Shown in pieces: positions 28,040-36,810 of a DNA stretch of 64,000 nucleotides. The stretch covers positions 10,322 through 74,321 of IMG/VR virus record IMGVR_UViG_3300033120_001005. One strand, given 5' to 3'. Source of the DNA: a virus (taxonomy: Duplodnaviria; Caudoviricetes). The notes beneath the pieces were generated by a model that had not been told where the DNA came from, searched no databases, and saw nothing but the letters and a program-made list of their open reading frames with translations. Position numbers and translations under genes: made by a program. Each line of letters begins with the position of its first letter. The stretch's first letter is position 1.

Positions 28040-28924
28040 ATGACACAATCATTCAAAACATTAGGCGATTTACAGTTTGAAAAATTTAATGTTAAAGACG
28101 AAACCAGGCCTTCTGTTGGCTTACCATTTGAAACTTTTATTGGTACTCAGCATATTTACAAAGGAAATACACCAATTCCTTTTAGTGGTGCCCAAATTTT
28201 AGAAGGTGTTTTCCGTAAAATCAATGAATTTATTCCTGACCAAAACAGAAGCTGGGGAAATATTTTTGTTTACAAAAGCCAATTTAATGCGCCTAATTAC
28301 GTTAAAAAGCTTACAGGTAACGAACCACCTGAAATTAAACAATTAAGCCAGCTAACACCTATTAGCGACTTAAATTTTCCACGTTTCATAGGCACCATTG
28401 ATTTAATTGGTGATGGTGAACATACAGAACGTATTGCTATTAAATGTGACGACAACAAAAGCATTCAGCTTGCAGTTGGTTTAAATGTAAATGTTTGTTC
28501 AAATTTTACATTGTTTGGCAACAATTTGTTAAACACAAACACCCGCGAAAAAAAAGATTACAACTGGATTATTGAACAAGTTGAAAAATATTGCCGTTCA
28601 ATTGAAGATAAATTCAAATACGATTTGGATATTATCAATAAAATGCAAAACATTACTATTGGAACTGAGGAACGAGACAGATTTTTAGGTGATTTGTTAA
28701 TGAAATACGAAACTAAAGATGAAGTGTTGCCAGTAACAATGATTAATGATTTTAGCCGTCAGTTAAAACTAACTGAGGTTAACAACGTATGGCAATTAAT
28801 TAACGCTGGTACTGAAAAAATCCGTTTTGATTCTAATACTGGTGACAGTATTTTAGAAACAATGAACCGTTTTGCCAACCATACAGCTGAGTCATACGAA
28901 ATCCCTTATGAGTTTAGTTTATAA
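28040..28924 (+). CDS. DUF932-like protein
   Basis: SIQLAVGLNVNVCSNF motif; C-terminal NVWQLINAGTE. Confidence 0.6.
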   Translation: MTQSFKTLGDLQFEKFNVKDETRPSVGLPFETFIGTQHIYKGNTPIPFSGAQILEGVFRKINEFIPDQNRSWGNIFVYKSQFNAPNYVKKLTGNEPPEIKQLSQLTPISDLNFPRFIGTIDLIGDGEHTERIAIKCDDNKSIQLAVGLNVNVCSNFTLFGNNLLNTNTREKKDYNWIIEQVEKYCRSIEDKFKYDLDIINKMQNITIGTEERDRFLGDLLMKYETKDEVLPVTMINDFSRQLKLTEVNNVWQLINAGTEKIRFDSNTGDSILETMNRFANHTAESYEIPYEFSL

Positions 28925-29312
28925 GGACGAATTTTCGGTTGACGATGCTTATTTATTAGTAAAAAAAGCCCTCACTTTGGCAAAGCCTAAGTGGGGGTTA
29001 ATTGAAGATGAGCGCGATTTTGAGGCTATTTTTATTTCTAAACTGGATATGATAGTTAAATCAAGGATAAATCTTTCACCACAACTTAAATTTAGCGTTG
29101 CTGATTTAACTAAAATGAAAGTTTTACTATTTGCTGATGTTATATGTGGAGTGTGTTTAACTATTTCAGAAAAGAATTATATGTTTTCCGACAATACAGT
29201 ACGTTGTGGTTATGCAGCAATTCATTTTCTTTGTATTCAAAACACAAAAGGTCGCGAAATGACTCAAAGAATATCAGATATAATAAAAAAAGAAAAATAC
29301 ATTTTAAACTAA
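28908..29312 (+). CDS. hypothetical protein
   Basis: Start reassigned to ATG 28908 (MSLVYKDE). Confidence 0.5.
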   Translation: MSLVYKDEFSVDDAYLLVKKALTLAKPKWGLIEDERDFEAIFISKLDMIVKSRINLSPQLKFSVADLTKMKVLLFADVICGVCLTISEKNYMFSDNTVRCGYAAIHFLCIQNTKGREMTQRISDIIKKEKYILN

Positions 29313-29767
29313 TGAATATAGCAATCAAACTAACAGAACAAAACATCAATCCGGACTCATTGTATGGTAAAATTAACCGCGCTTTTGAGTTTGATTTAAA
29401 CCAGATAGCAATTGTATTAGATGAACTAGAAAAAGATGATGTAAAAGGATTTGTTGGAGTATTAGACTTTAGGAAAGCATCATTTTTAATTATGCCTAGT
29501 TATTTAACAGTTAAGCCTCAAAAAATCAAAAAAATGATTGTTGGTAACAGAATAATTGAAGAAACGATTCATTTACGTACTGAATATTTAAAATCAGAAC
29601 ACGTTAAAAATCGTGCTTTATTGTGGCTTGATAAATTTTCTGATATGCCTGCCAAATCTTATTTTGTTCCTTGCATTATTGCTAATACAGAATTAGGCTG
29701 GTTATGGTGTACAAATACAAATTTGTCAGTGCCGCTTGAAATAATCGAAATGATTGAAAATTATTAA
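29312..29767 (+). CDS. hypothetical protein
   Basis: Start reassigned to ATG 29312 (MNIAIKL), overlapping the previous stop. Confidence 0.5.
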   Translation: MNIAIKLTEQNINPDSLYGKINRAFEFDLNQIAIVLDELEKDDVKGFVGVLDFRKASFLIMPSYLTVKPQKIKKMIVGNRIIEETIHLRTEYLKSEHVKNRALLWLDKFSDMPAKSYFVPCIIANTELGWLWCTNTNLSVPLEIIEMIENY

Positions 29768-29770
29768 ACT

Positions 29771-30109
29771 ATGGATATAAAAACAGATAAAAAACCAAGT
29801 AGAAATGTTTGGTGGTGCAATGAAAGGTTTACAATTTTACCTTTATTTACATACAAAAAAGCAGATTACCACAATACAACAAAATTTACCTTTAGATGGT
29901 TAATTTTAAAGTTGTGGACTATTGATGCATTTGATTTTGAATTTGCTGCATTTTTAGATAATCATTTTGGTATTGGCTTTTCTATTACATTGCCATATAC
30001 AAGAATTGTTGTATCAATTGAACCAAGGCCAAAAATAAGTGAATGGATTCAAAGTAAATTATGGCGCAAACCAGCTTCAATGAGAAAAAATGGCCGTACC
30101 ATATCCTAA
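29771..30109 (+). CDS. hypothetical aromatic-rich protein
   Basis: 112 aa, tiled. Confidence 0.55.
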   Translation: MDIKTDKKPSRNVWWCNERFTILPLFTYKKADYHNTTKFTFRWLILKLWTIDAFDFEFAAFLDNHFGIGFSITLPYTRIVVSIEPRPKISEWIQSKLWRKPASMRKNGRTIS

Positions 30110-30491
30110 GCCTGAGCCAAAACCTAAAAAAAAGTATGCAGGTTTAAAAAGAACACCAATAAAAAAAAAGATAAGCAAAAAACAGCAAATAGCAATTAAA
30201 ACCTCAAAGGAATACTACGAAAATGCTATTTTAAACAATCAGAAAAAAAACAAAGGTTTATGTTATTGCGAAAACTGTGGGGACTTAATTAAGTTTCCCA
30301 CAGGCAGTAATGTTTCTCATATTATTTCTAAAGGAACTAATGTTTCTCTTTATTTTGATATGGAAAATCATTTTATTTTATGTTCTACTTGTGAATATGA
30401 ATGGACCAATGGTTCCAGAAGAAAAATGAAAATATACCCTTTATCAGAACAAATCAAAATCAAACTAACACATAAATATTATGACCGATAA
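30090..30491 (+). CDS. HNH/NinG-like nuclease
   Basis: CENCG...SHIISKG...EN..ILC..CE. Confidence 0.7.
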   Translation: MAVPYPKPEPKPKKKYAGLKRTPIKKKISKKQQIAIKTSKEYYENAILNNQKKNKGLCYCENCGDLIKFPTGSNVSHIISKGTNVSLYFDMENHFILCSTCEYEWTNGSRRKMKIYPLSEQIKIKLTHKYYDR

Positions 30492-30825
30492 AAAATTAGA
30501 AAAAGGAAATAAATTAAAAGCTAAGATTGAATATCTTGAAAGAAAAGTTGTTAGTATAAATACTTTTTTGTCTAGAATTGATAATGTACGTCAAAACAAT
30601 TCTTCAAAAGAAATAAAATATATTAGTTTTAGAAATTCTATAAGTTTTATCAACAATCAACAAAATCATTTTGCTAATGATGTTGAATTTAATGAACAAT
30701 CTTTATTTGATGATGAAAAATTGTATTCTGAAATTTTGGAAGAACAATATACTTTTCAAAACTCAATAAGAATTATTGTTGAAAAAAGAATTACTGAGTT
30801 AAGGGAAGAATATAATGAATTGTAA
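30481..30825 (+). CDS. coiled-coil hypothetical protein
   Basis: Resembles the next ORF (N-terminal A..LK..I...; C-terminal L.EE(F/Y)..L). Confidence 0.55.
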   Translation: MTDKKLEKGNKLKAKIEYLERKVVSINTFLSRIDNVRQNNSSKEIKYISFRNSISFINNQQNHFANDVEFNEQSLFDDEKLYSEILEEQYTFQNSIRIIVEKRITELREEYNEL

Positions 30826-31139
30826 TGGAAGAGTCCGTTTTTAATAAAGCAGCTAGTTTAAAAAATCAAATTCAAACTACTCAAAACAAAATAAATTTAT
30901 TGCAGGGAGCAATTAATAAACTATCAACTAAAAAACACCATTTTGTTACTAACACAAAATTTGGTGAAGTTGACGAAGTATCTGATTTGATTTATAATTA
31001 TGAAAGTATTTTTGAAGAAAATTCAACTACATATTTTAATAATCTTTTGCAAGAAAAATTGATTAAAAAATGGGTTGAAAAAAGACAAGAACTTTCTAAT
31101 ATTTTAAAGGATTTGCAACAAAAATTTGATGATTTATAA
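30825..31139 (+). CDS. coiled-coil hypothetical protein
   Basis: 104 aa, ends before the bidirectional terminator. Confidence 0.55.
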   Translation: MEESVFNKAASLKNQIQTTQNKINLLQGAINKLSTKKHHFVTNTKFGEVDEVSDLIYNYESIFEENSTTYFNNLLQEKLIKKWVEKRQELSNILKDLQQKFDDL

Positions 31140-31143
31140 GCAT

Positions 31144-31173
31144 AAAAAAAGCCCTCAATTGAGGGCTTTTTTT
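31144..31173. terminator. bidirectional intrinsic terminator
   Basis: A7-GCCCTC-AATT-GAGGGC-T7 between convergent genes. Confidence 0.85.
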
Positions 31174-31187
31174 AAACAAACTAAACA

Positions 31188-32546
31188 TTACACTATATAA
31201 GCAGGACATAACAAATCTTTTACCACTGGTTCACCTGAAAAATCCAAATCAGGTAAATCATCAATACCAGTATAAATTGAAACAGCTGAACTATTTGTTG
31301 TTCCAGTTACAGCGGCTCCACCATTTGTTAATGATAAAGTGAACGTTGAACTACTTATAACATTTACATAGTAGGTTTGAGCAATACCATGTTTAATACC
31401 AGTTGTACCCGGTAAAGAAGCAAATACTTTTTGACCTTGTACTAAACCATGTGCTGCTTTTGTAATAACACCTGTACTTGCAACAATAGCACCATCAGCA
31501 AAAGCTAATGTACCATAATTTGTTGTTTTTCTCCAAGCATTAAATGTTACAACAACAGTTCCATCAGTTGTACCAGTTACAGCAACACCACCAACAGTAG
31601 CAGCTAAACTAAACGTATTTGCGTTAATTACGTTAGCAAAATACTGAGTGTTTGCAGTAATACCAGTTGTTGAAGCAATACTTTCTAAAAACACAGGTTG
31701 TCCATTGGTTAAACCATGTGAAGCAATGGTAATAACACCTGTACTTGCAACAATAGCACCACCTAAACGAGTATTTGTAGCAGCTGTTAAATTTAACAAT
31801 GCTTCAAATTGTGCTTCAAAAGTTGTATTGTCAGTATCAACTACAACTAAAAACAAATCAGGTTTATTTTCTTTGAACGAAAAAGGGTTCATTCCAGTAA
31901 AATTTGAAACTTGAATTGCATAAACATCAAAATTGTCAGCGCTTGTAATAGCACCTACAGTTTCATACTCAAAAGTTCTTGGACCATAAGGATTAGCCAT
32001 TGCAATAACTTGTGCGTATGTCATTCCTTTGTTTTTTACGCCCTGAGTTAAAATATCTAAAACAACGGTTGATGGTGCATTTGTTTCAATTGCAATTAAT
32101 CCAACACCAGCATTTACTTGAGTTAACAATACATAACCACCACTAATACTTGCAGTAAATAAATTACTAAAAGCTTTATTGTTGTTTACAGCTGCTAATA
32201 CTCTTGCTTGAAATGCAGATTGAGAAATACTTTCTGAAGTACCAATATTTGCATTTGCAAATACAGTTTCATTAGTTTCAGGAGCGGTTGTTTTTGGACC
32301 AATAGCTTTAATTTTCAAAGTTGTACCAGCAACTGGTGAACCCGGAATAGCAATTCTCCATACTCCCGAAACGGCAGCTGAATAAGAGCTTTTAACTACT
32401 GATTCAATATTTTTGTAACGAATTGGTGTTTTTAAGCCTTGCAAGAATACCTTACCTTGACCTAGCGTGCCCTGTTTACCAATCAACAGGTAGGGATTAG
32501 CTGAACCGCCAATCACTACGACACGACTTACATTTGCGTCATACAT
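31188..32546 (-). CDS. putative auxiliary capsid/decoration protein with a duplicated beta domain
   Basis: 452 aa, T/A/G-rich; two ~89-aa repeats GAIVASTGVIT.A.HGL..GQ.VF. Confidence 0.55.
   Translation of the reverse strand: MYDANVSRVVVIGGSANPYLLIGKQGTLGQGKVFLQGLKTPIRYKNIESVVKSSYSAAVSGVWRIAIPGSPVAGTTLKIKAIGPKTTAPETNETVFANANIGTSESISQSAFQARVLAAVNNNKAFSNLFTASISGGYVLLTQVNAGVGLIAIETNAPSTVVLDILTQGVKNKGMTYAQVIAMANPYGPRTFEYETVGAITSADNFDVYAIQVSNFTGMNPFSFKENKPDLFLVVVDTDNTTFEAQFEALLNLTAATNTRLGGAIVASTGVITIASHGLTNGQPVFLESIASTTGITANTQYFANVINANTFSLAATVGGVAVTGTTDGTVVVTFNAWRKTTNYGTLAFADGAIVASTGVITKAAHGLVQGQKVFASLPGTTGIKHGIAQTYYVNVISSSTFTLSLTNGGAAVTGTTNSSAVSIYTGIDDLPDLDFSGEPVVKDLLCPAYIV
31462..31761. repeat. 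33-bp perfect direct repeat (31462-31494 and 31729-31761)
   Basis: GTAATAACACCTGTACTTGCAACAATAGCACCA twice, 267 bp apart (in frame). Confidence 0.9.
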
Positions 32547-32570
32547 ATTTTTATCTTAAATTGTGAGCAA

Positions 32571-32578
32571 CAAAAATA
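32571..32578 (-). promoter_or_regulatory. TAnnTTTG -7 element for the isolated structural gene
   Basis: TATTTTTG on the minus strand, about 25 nt upstream of ATG 32546. Confidence 0.4.
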
Positions 32579-32584
32579 TAACAT

Positions 32585-32893
32585 ATGACTAAACTAAGTG
32601 AGACACAAAGAAAAAAACTTGTTAATAAAACTTTTGGTGTAGTTCAGGCTATAATTGGGCTTGGATTACCTGTTGATATTGGCATTTTAAGATTCGAAAC
32701 ATTTAACTCTCAATTCATACAAAAAAGACAAAGAAAAGGACCTAAAAAATCATTTAAATCAACCTATGACAAAGATTTGCTAATGAATGCAAAATTGTTA
32801 AAAAAAGGGGCTTATGGTAAGTTCACCGTAGGTAAAATCAGCATAACAGAAAAAGAAATAAAAAAATCAATTCAAATGTTGACAACTAGATAA
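32585..32893 (+). CDS. basic hypothetical protein (possible DNA binder)
   Basis: Lys-rich, 102 aa. Confidence 0.5.
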   Translation: MTKLSETQRKKLVNKTFGVVQAIIGLGLPVDIGILRFETFNSQFIQKRQRKGPKKSFKSTYDKDLLMNAKLLKKGAYGKFTVGKISITEKEIKKSIQMLTTR

Positions 32894-32924
32894 TTTGTAT
32901 ATTAATAATTACATTATATATTTG
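32894..32924 (+). promoter_or_regulatory. Bacteroidota sigma70 consensus promoter
   Basis: TTTG (32894-97), N19, TATATTTG (32917-24); exact consensus. Confidence 0.75.
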
Positions 32925-32943
32925 TCAAAGCAAACTAAACATT

Positions 32944-33780
32944 ATGAGTGAAGTAAATTTAGAGTATTGTCCGATATTAGGACCAGAAAACAAAAACCTT
33001 ATTAGTGGTGGTGCAACTGTAAAAAGTTTCCCTTACACATTTACAGATGAAGAAAAAGCAAGCATAGCTGAAAGTGCCGCTCATTTGTTCCAAAAAATTC
33101 AAACAGCTGAAATGGAAAAAAAAGCCATTATTAAACAGCATGATGAAAAAATCCAAATTATTAAAAATCAACATGCATTAGCTAATTCAAAAGTTATTTC
33201 AGGTGTTGAACAAAGAGATTTTAAATGTAAAATCATTTTTGATTTTTCTACTGGTAAAAAATATTTTTACGATGAATTTTCATTAAGAAAATTAGGTGAA
33301 GCCCCATTAGATGCAGATGATTATCAATTAAAAGCTGATTTGGATTCTGCTGGTGAACAAATCCCTGATTGGGCTAAAGATGAAGCTCTTTTTGTTGAAG
33401 AAAAAAACCAAATTGAACAAGGTCCAAAACAACCAAAAGAACCAGAACCGCCATTGTTGTTAGAAGAAACAAATGGTGATTCTATTGGTAAAAGCCTTGA
33501 TGAAAAATTGGATGAAAAACCAAAATCAAAAAGAACCAAAAAAACAGTAGTTAAAGGTGTTGTTCAAGATGGCCCACAAGAAAATTTGGATTCAAAAGAA
33601 GAGTTAAAACCAAAAGAAGATTTAGAGCCAAAACCAATGGATAATGACTTATTGGAAGAAACACTTATTATTCCTGAAGAATTAGAACCAGAACCTGTTA
33701 TGAATGATTTTTTAGATGAAATAATTATTCCTGAAATAACAGATTCAAAAGAACAAGATGATGATAACATCATTATGTAA
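32944..33780 (+). CDS. phage protein with acidic/Pro-rich tail
   Basis: FTDEEK..IA...EMEKK...G.EQR..C family pattern. Confidence 0.6.
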   Translation: MSEVNLEYCPILGPENKNLISGGATVKSFPYTFTDEEKASIAESAAHLFQKIQTAEMEKKAIIKQHDEKIQIIKNQHALANSKVISGVEQRDFKCKIIFDFSTGKKYFYDEFSLRKLGEAPLDADDYQLKADLDSAGEQIPDWAKDEALFVEEKNQIEQGPKQPKEPEPPLLLEETNGDSIGKSLDEKLDEKPKSKRTKKTVVKGVVQDGPQENLDSKEELKPKEDLEPKPMDNDLLEETLIIPEELEPEPVMNDFLDEIIIPEITDSKEQDDDNIIM

Positions 33781-33815
33781 AAAAAATTATAAGTACAAAC
33801 TATCAGAACAAATAC

Positions 33816-33848
33816 AAAAAGCCTAAAATATTTTTAGGCTTTTTTTTT
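33816..33848 (+). terminator. intrinsic terminator
   Basis: GCCTAAAA-TAT-TTTTAGGC followed by a T run. Confidence 0.75.
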
Positions 33849-33867
33849 AACCAAACTAAACATTACA

Positions 33868-34365
33868 ATGAAAATTTATTTAGCAAAATCAAATAAAGCA
33901 AACTATGATGTAGTTGCTTTAACAAGAAAACATTTAACAGAATTAGGACACGAAATTGTTGAATTTAAAGGTGGTGATTATTCGCCATTAGACCTTGAAA
34001 ATTCAGATGCTTGTGTTGCTATTGTTGATCAATACTCAGCAACTGAACCTATTATTGGTAGAGGTTTATTTGAACAAATGAATATTTGTTTATTTAAAAC
34101 AGCAAAAACTTGTGTTGTTGTTAATGCAGACCAAATTAATGAGTTTATAGTTCATCGTGTATTGGACACTAAACTTATTGACAGTAAAAATTGGGTTGCT
34201 TATGGAAGGGCTGTTTTGGAGCCTAAATCAGTTCCATTTAGTATGATAATTGATAACGGAAAATCAATTTCAAGTTCACAAGGTTTTCAATCAAAACCTT
34301 CACAAGATTTATCAGAACAACCAACCAGTAAATTACCAGAATACGATCCTAAAAAATTATTTTAA
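33868..34365 (+). CDS. nucleoside 2-deoxyribosyltransferase-like Rossmann protein
   Basis: KIYLA..., GHEIV, LENSD.CV.., IGRGLFEQ. Confidence 0.45.
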   Translation: MKIYLAKSNKANYDVVALTRKHLTELGHEIVEFKGGDYSPLDLENSDACVAIVDQYSATEPIIGRGLFEQMNICLFKTAKTCVVVNADQINEFIVHRVLDTKLIDSKNWVAYGRAVLEPKSVPFSMIIDNGKSISSSQGFQSKPSQDLSEQPTSKLPEYDPKKLF

Positions 34366-34367
34366 GC

Positions 34368-35735
34368 ATGAAAGTTTTAAAAGTAAAAATTGAAAATTAT
34401 AAACTTCTTGAAGAAGTTGAATTAGATTTATCAGGAAGATCAATTATAGTTACCGGCCCTAACGAGGTCGGTAAATCTTCTTTGATTGATTCTATTTTTG
34501 ATGTGTTATCAAATGGAGATATGCCGCCTAAACCAATTAGAGACGGTGAAGAAAATGGCTTAATTCAAATTGAAGTTGGTGATGAAGAAAGTGGAACTAA
34601 ATACATTGTTCAAAAAAGTTTTACCAAGGCAAATGAAAAAGGTTATTTGAGTATTTCAACTCCCGATGGTGCAAAGTATTCAAAACCTGTAGAGCATTTA
34701 CATAAATTGTTTGGCACTATTAGTTTTGACATTGAAAAACTACTTAATGCCAAAAACGAAAAAGAAATGTTCAAAATGTTAAAAGACTTTTTGAATATTG
34801 ATACTGTTGATTTGGATGCTGAATACAAAAAAGTATTCGAAGAAAGAGCATTTTTAAATAAAGAAGTTTCTACTTTACAGCAATTTATTAAGGAATTTGC
34901 TCCTGGTTATATTGATAGCAAAAAAGAAGAATTAGCTAAACTAAAATTAAAAGCTCAAGAATTGGAGCCTAAAAAATTAGAATTGGCTAAAGTTCAAGCT
35001 AGTATTATTAAAGGTAATGATTTTATTAATAATAATGCTCAAGTAATTCAAAACATTAATGTTGCAATTTCTTCTAACAATTCAACTGTTCAACGTAATC
35101 AAGAATTAATCGCTGATTATGAAAAAAAAATCATTGAGTTAAAAGAAGCTAACAATAAAATCTGTGAAGAAAACTTAGTACACGCAGAAAACCTTAAAAA
35201 AGAAACAAAAATTAAGGAAGATGCTACTTTATTGTTAAAAAAATACAATGAAGAAAAAGATCAATTAGTTGCCGATACTAATACTGAATCTGACGCTTCT
35301 TTAATGGTTGCCATTGAAAAGGATATTCAAGAGTATAATACTAGTATTGAAACTACAAAAACAGCTGAAACAAAATCAATTGAAGCAAAAGCCAAAACTA
35401 AAAGACTTGACGAAATCAAAGCTAGTATTTCAGAATTGTTTAAAGCTGCTTCTACCGATGAAATTACTATCACTGAAGATGAAATTTTGTATAAAGGACT
35501 TCCTTTAAACAAAAAACAAATTAACACTGCTAGCCTTGCTAAATTAGCCCTTCAGTTGGCCATGAAATCAAATTCTAAACTACAAAGTGTTAGGTTTGAT
35601 GCATCATTTATGGACAACAAAACTTTCCATGAAACAATGAACGAAATCCGAAAAGCAGGCTTTCAAGCATTTGTTGAAATGGTTGACAAAGAAGGTCAAG
35701 ACTTACAAATTATTGTTGAAGAAGATATTTTGTAG
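34368..35735 (+). CDS. Rad50/SbcC-like ATPase
   Basis: LKVKIENYK, Walker A GPNEVGKSS, long coiled coil, degenerate C-terminal motifs. Confidence 0.75.
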   Translation: MKVLKVKIENYKLLEEVELDLSGRSIIVTGPNEVGKSSLIDSIFDVLSNGDMPPKPIRDGEENGLIQIEVGDEESGTKYIVQKSFTKANEKGYLSISTPDGAKYSKPVEHLHKLFGTISFDIEKLLNAKNEKEMFKMLKDFLNIDTVDLDAEYKKVFEERAFLNKEVSTLQQFIKEFAPGYIDSKKEELAKLKLKAQELEPKKLELAKVQASIIKGNDFINNNAQVIQNINVAISSNNSTVQRNQELIADYEKKIIELKEANNKICEENLVHAENLKKETKIKEDATLLLKKYNEEKDQLVADTNTESDASLMVAIEKDIQEYNTSIETTKTAETKSIEAKAKTKRLDEIKASISELFKAASTDEITITEDEILYKGLPLNKKQINTASLAKLALQLAMKSNSKLQSVRFDASFMDNKTFHETMNEIRKAGFQAFVEMVDKEGQDLQIIVEEDIL

Positions 35736-35747
35736 TAATTTAGCACC

Positions 35748-36104
35748 ATGAGAATAAAAGATGCTATTGAAAAAGATGTAGTTACTAAAGGTGACATAGC
35801 TAACTTACGAACTGTTTATAATTCTAAACTAGATAGTATCTTTTATTTAATTGATGATATTGAAAATATGGAAAAGGAGTTACACAACAAATATTTCCAT
35901 CTTAAAAAGCTTCAAACAGAAAACAAACTTTTAGACTTATATATTGAAGAATTAACCAATTATGGCAGTAATAAAGATAACAAGCAAAAAAGAAAAAAAG
36001 ATAACATTACGCTACAGTACCTTAAAAGACTATCCGGCCTGTGCCAAGCGATACCATCTAAGCACGTTACACCAGCCGAAGTTCAAACAAAAAACAGAAA
36101 ATGA
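35748..36104 (+). CDS. hypothetical protein
   Basis: 118 aa; 3' part overlaps the nuclease gene. Confidence 0.45.
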   Translation: MRIKDAIEKDVVTKGDIANLRTVYNSKLDSIFYLIDDIENMEKELHNKYFHLKKLQTENKLLDLYIEELTNYGSNKDNKQKRKKDNITLQYLKRLSGLCQAIPSKHVTPAEVQTKNRK

Positions 36105-36810
36105 TATGCTTAAAGGTTCAATATTTGAATATTGGGCTACTGGTGGAACTTCTTCTGAAATTGTCCCTAATATGTGTGACAAATGGATGAAATCTAAAAA
36201 CAACAAAATTGGCAGGTTAAAAAACGAAACCATAGAAAAAATCTATGATGCTGCTATGTCAGCTAAAAAAATCTTTGTTGAAACCATTTATGCCAATGAA
36301 GAATTTAGAATTGATTTAAAGCCAGGCTTTGAACTTGTTTTTCACCCTGACGTAATAGGTACAATTACGTTGCCAGATTACCCAAATCCATTTGTTGCTA
36401 TTGTTGATACAAAATACACAGCATCAATTAATGAAGTTTGGAATGTAAAAGATAAGCAAAAAGACTTTTTGCAAGCACTTGTTTATGTTTATGGTTTTTA
36501 TCATTGGACGTTAAAAGTTCAAGGTAAAGGGGTTCATTTACCTTTTGTGTATCATATTACTGAACACAACGATTTCAACAAACCATTACACAAAACAATT
36601 GTGTTAAAAGTATCAGAAACAAACTTCCTACAGTTTGAAAAATTACTTGAATCTATTATGAACGATACTGAATTTAAACCTACAGCGCATGATTTTAACT
36701 GTATTGGTAAAGGTAATTCATTTGGAGCATGTAGATTTATTGATTTTTGCGAAGAAGGAAGAAAATTAATAAACAAAACAGAAGAATATAATTTTTCAGA
36801 TTTAACCTAA
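35962..36810 (+). CDS. PD-(D/E)XK exonuclease (Cas4/RecB-like)
   Basis: LRYSTLKDYPAC...GSIFE, HPDV, IVDTKYT, Q..VY, C-terminal C...C..C. Confidence 0.75.
   Translation: MAVIKITSKKEKKITLRYSTLKDYPACAKRYHLSTLHQPKFKQKTENDMLKGSIFEYWATGGTSSEIVPNMCDKWMKSKNNKIGRLKNETIEKIYDAAMSAKKIFVETIYANEEFRIDLKPGFELVFHPDVIGTITLPDYPNPFVAIVDTKYTASINEVWNVKDKQKDFLQALVYVYGFYHWTLKVQGKGVHLPFVYHITEHNDFNKPLHKTIVLKVSETNFLQFEKLLESIMNDTEFKPTAHDFNCIGKGNSFGACRFIDFCEEGRKLINKTEEYNFSDLT

Noticed and set aside
35962-36104. Programmed frameshift between 35748-36104 and the PD-(D/E)XK gene
   Set aside because: The nuclease has its own ATG (35962) and an intact N-terminal motif, so the 143-nt overlap is more simply a 3' extension of the upstream ORF
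35962-36810. Cas4 as evidence of a CRISPR-Cas system
   Set aside because: No cas1/cas2 or array; solo Cas4/RecB-like nucleases are common phage recombination genes
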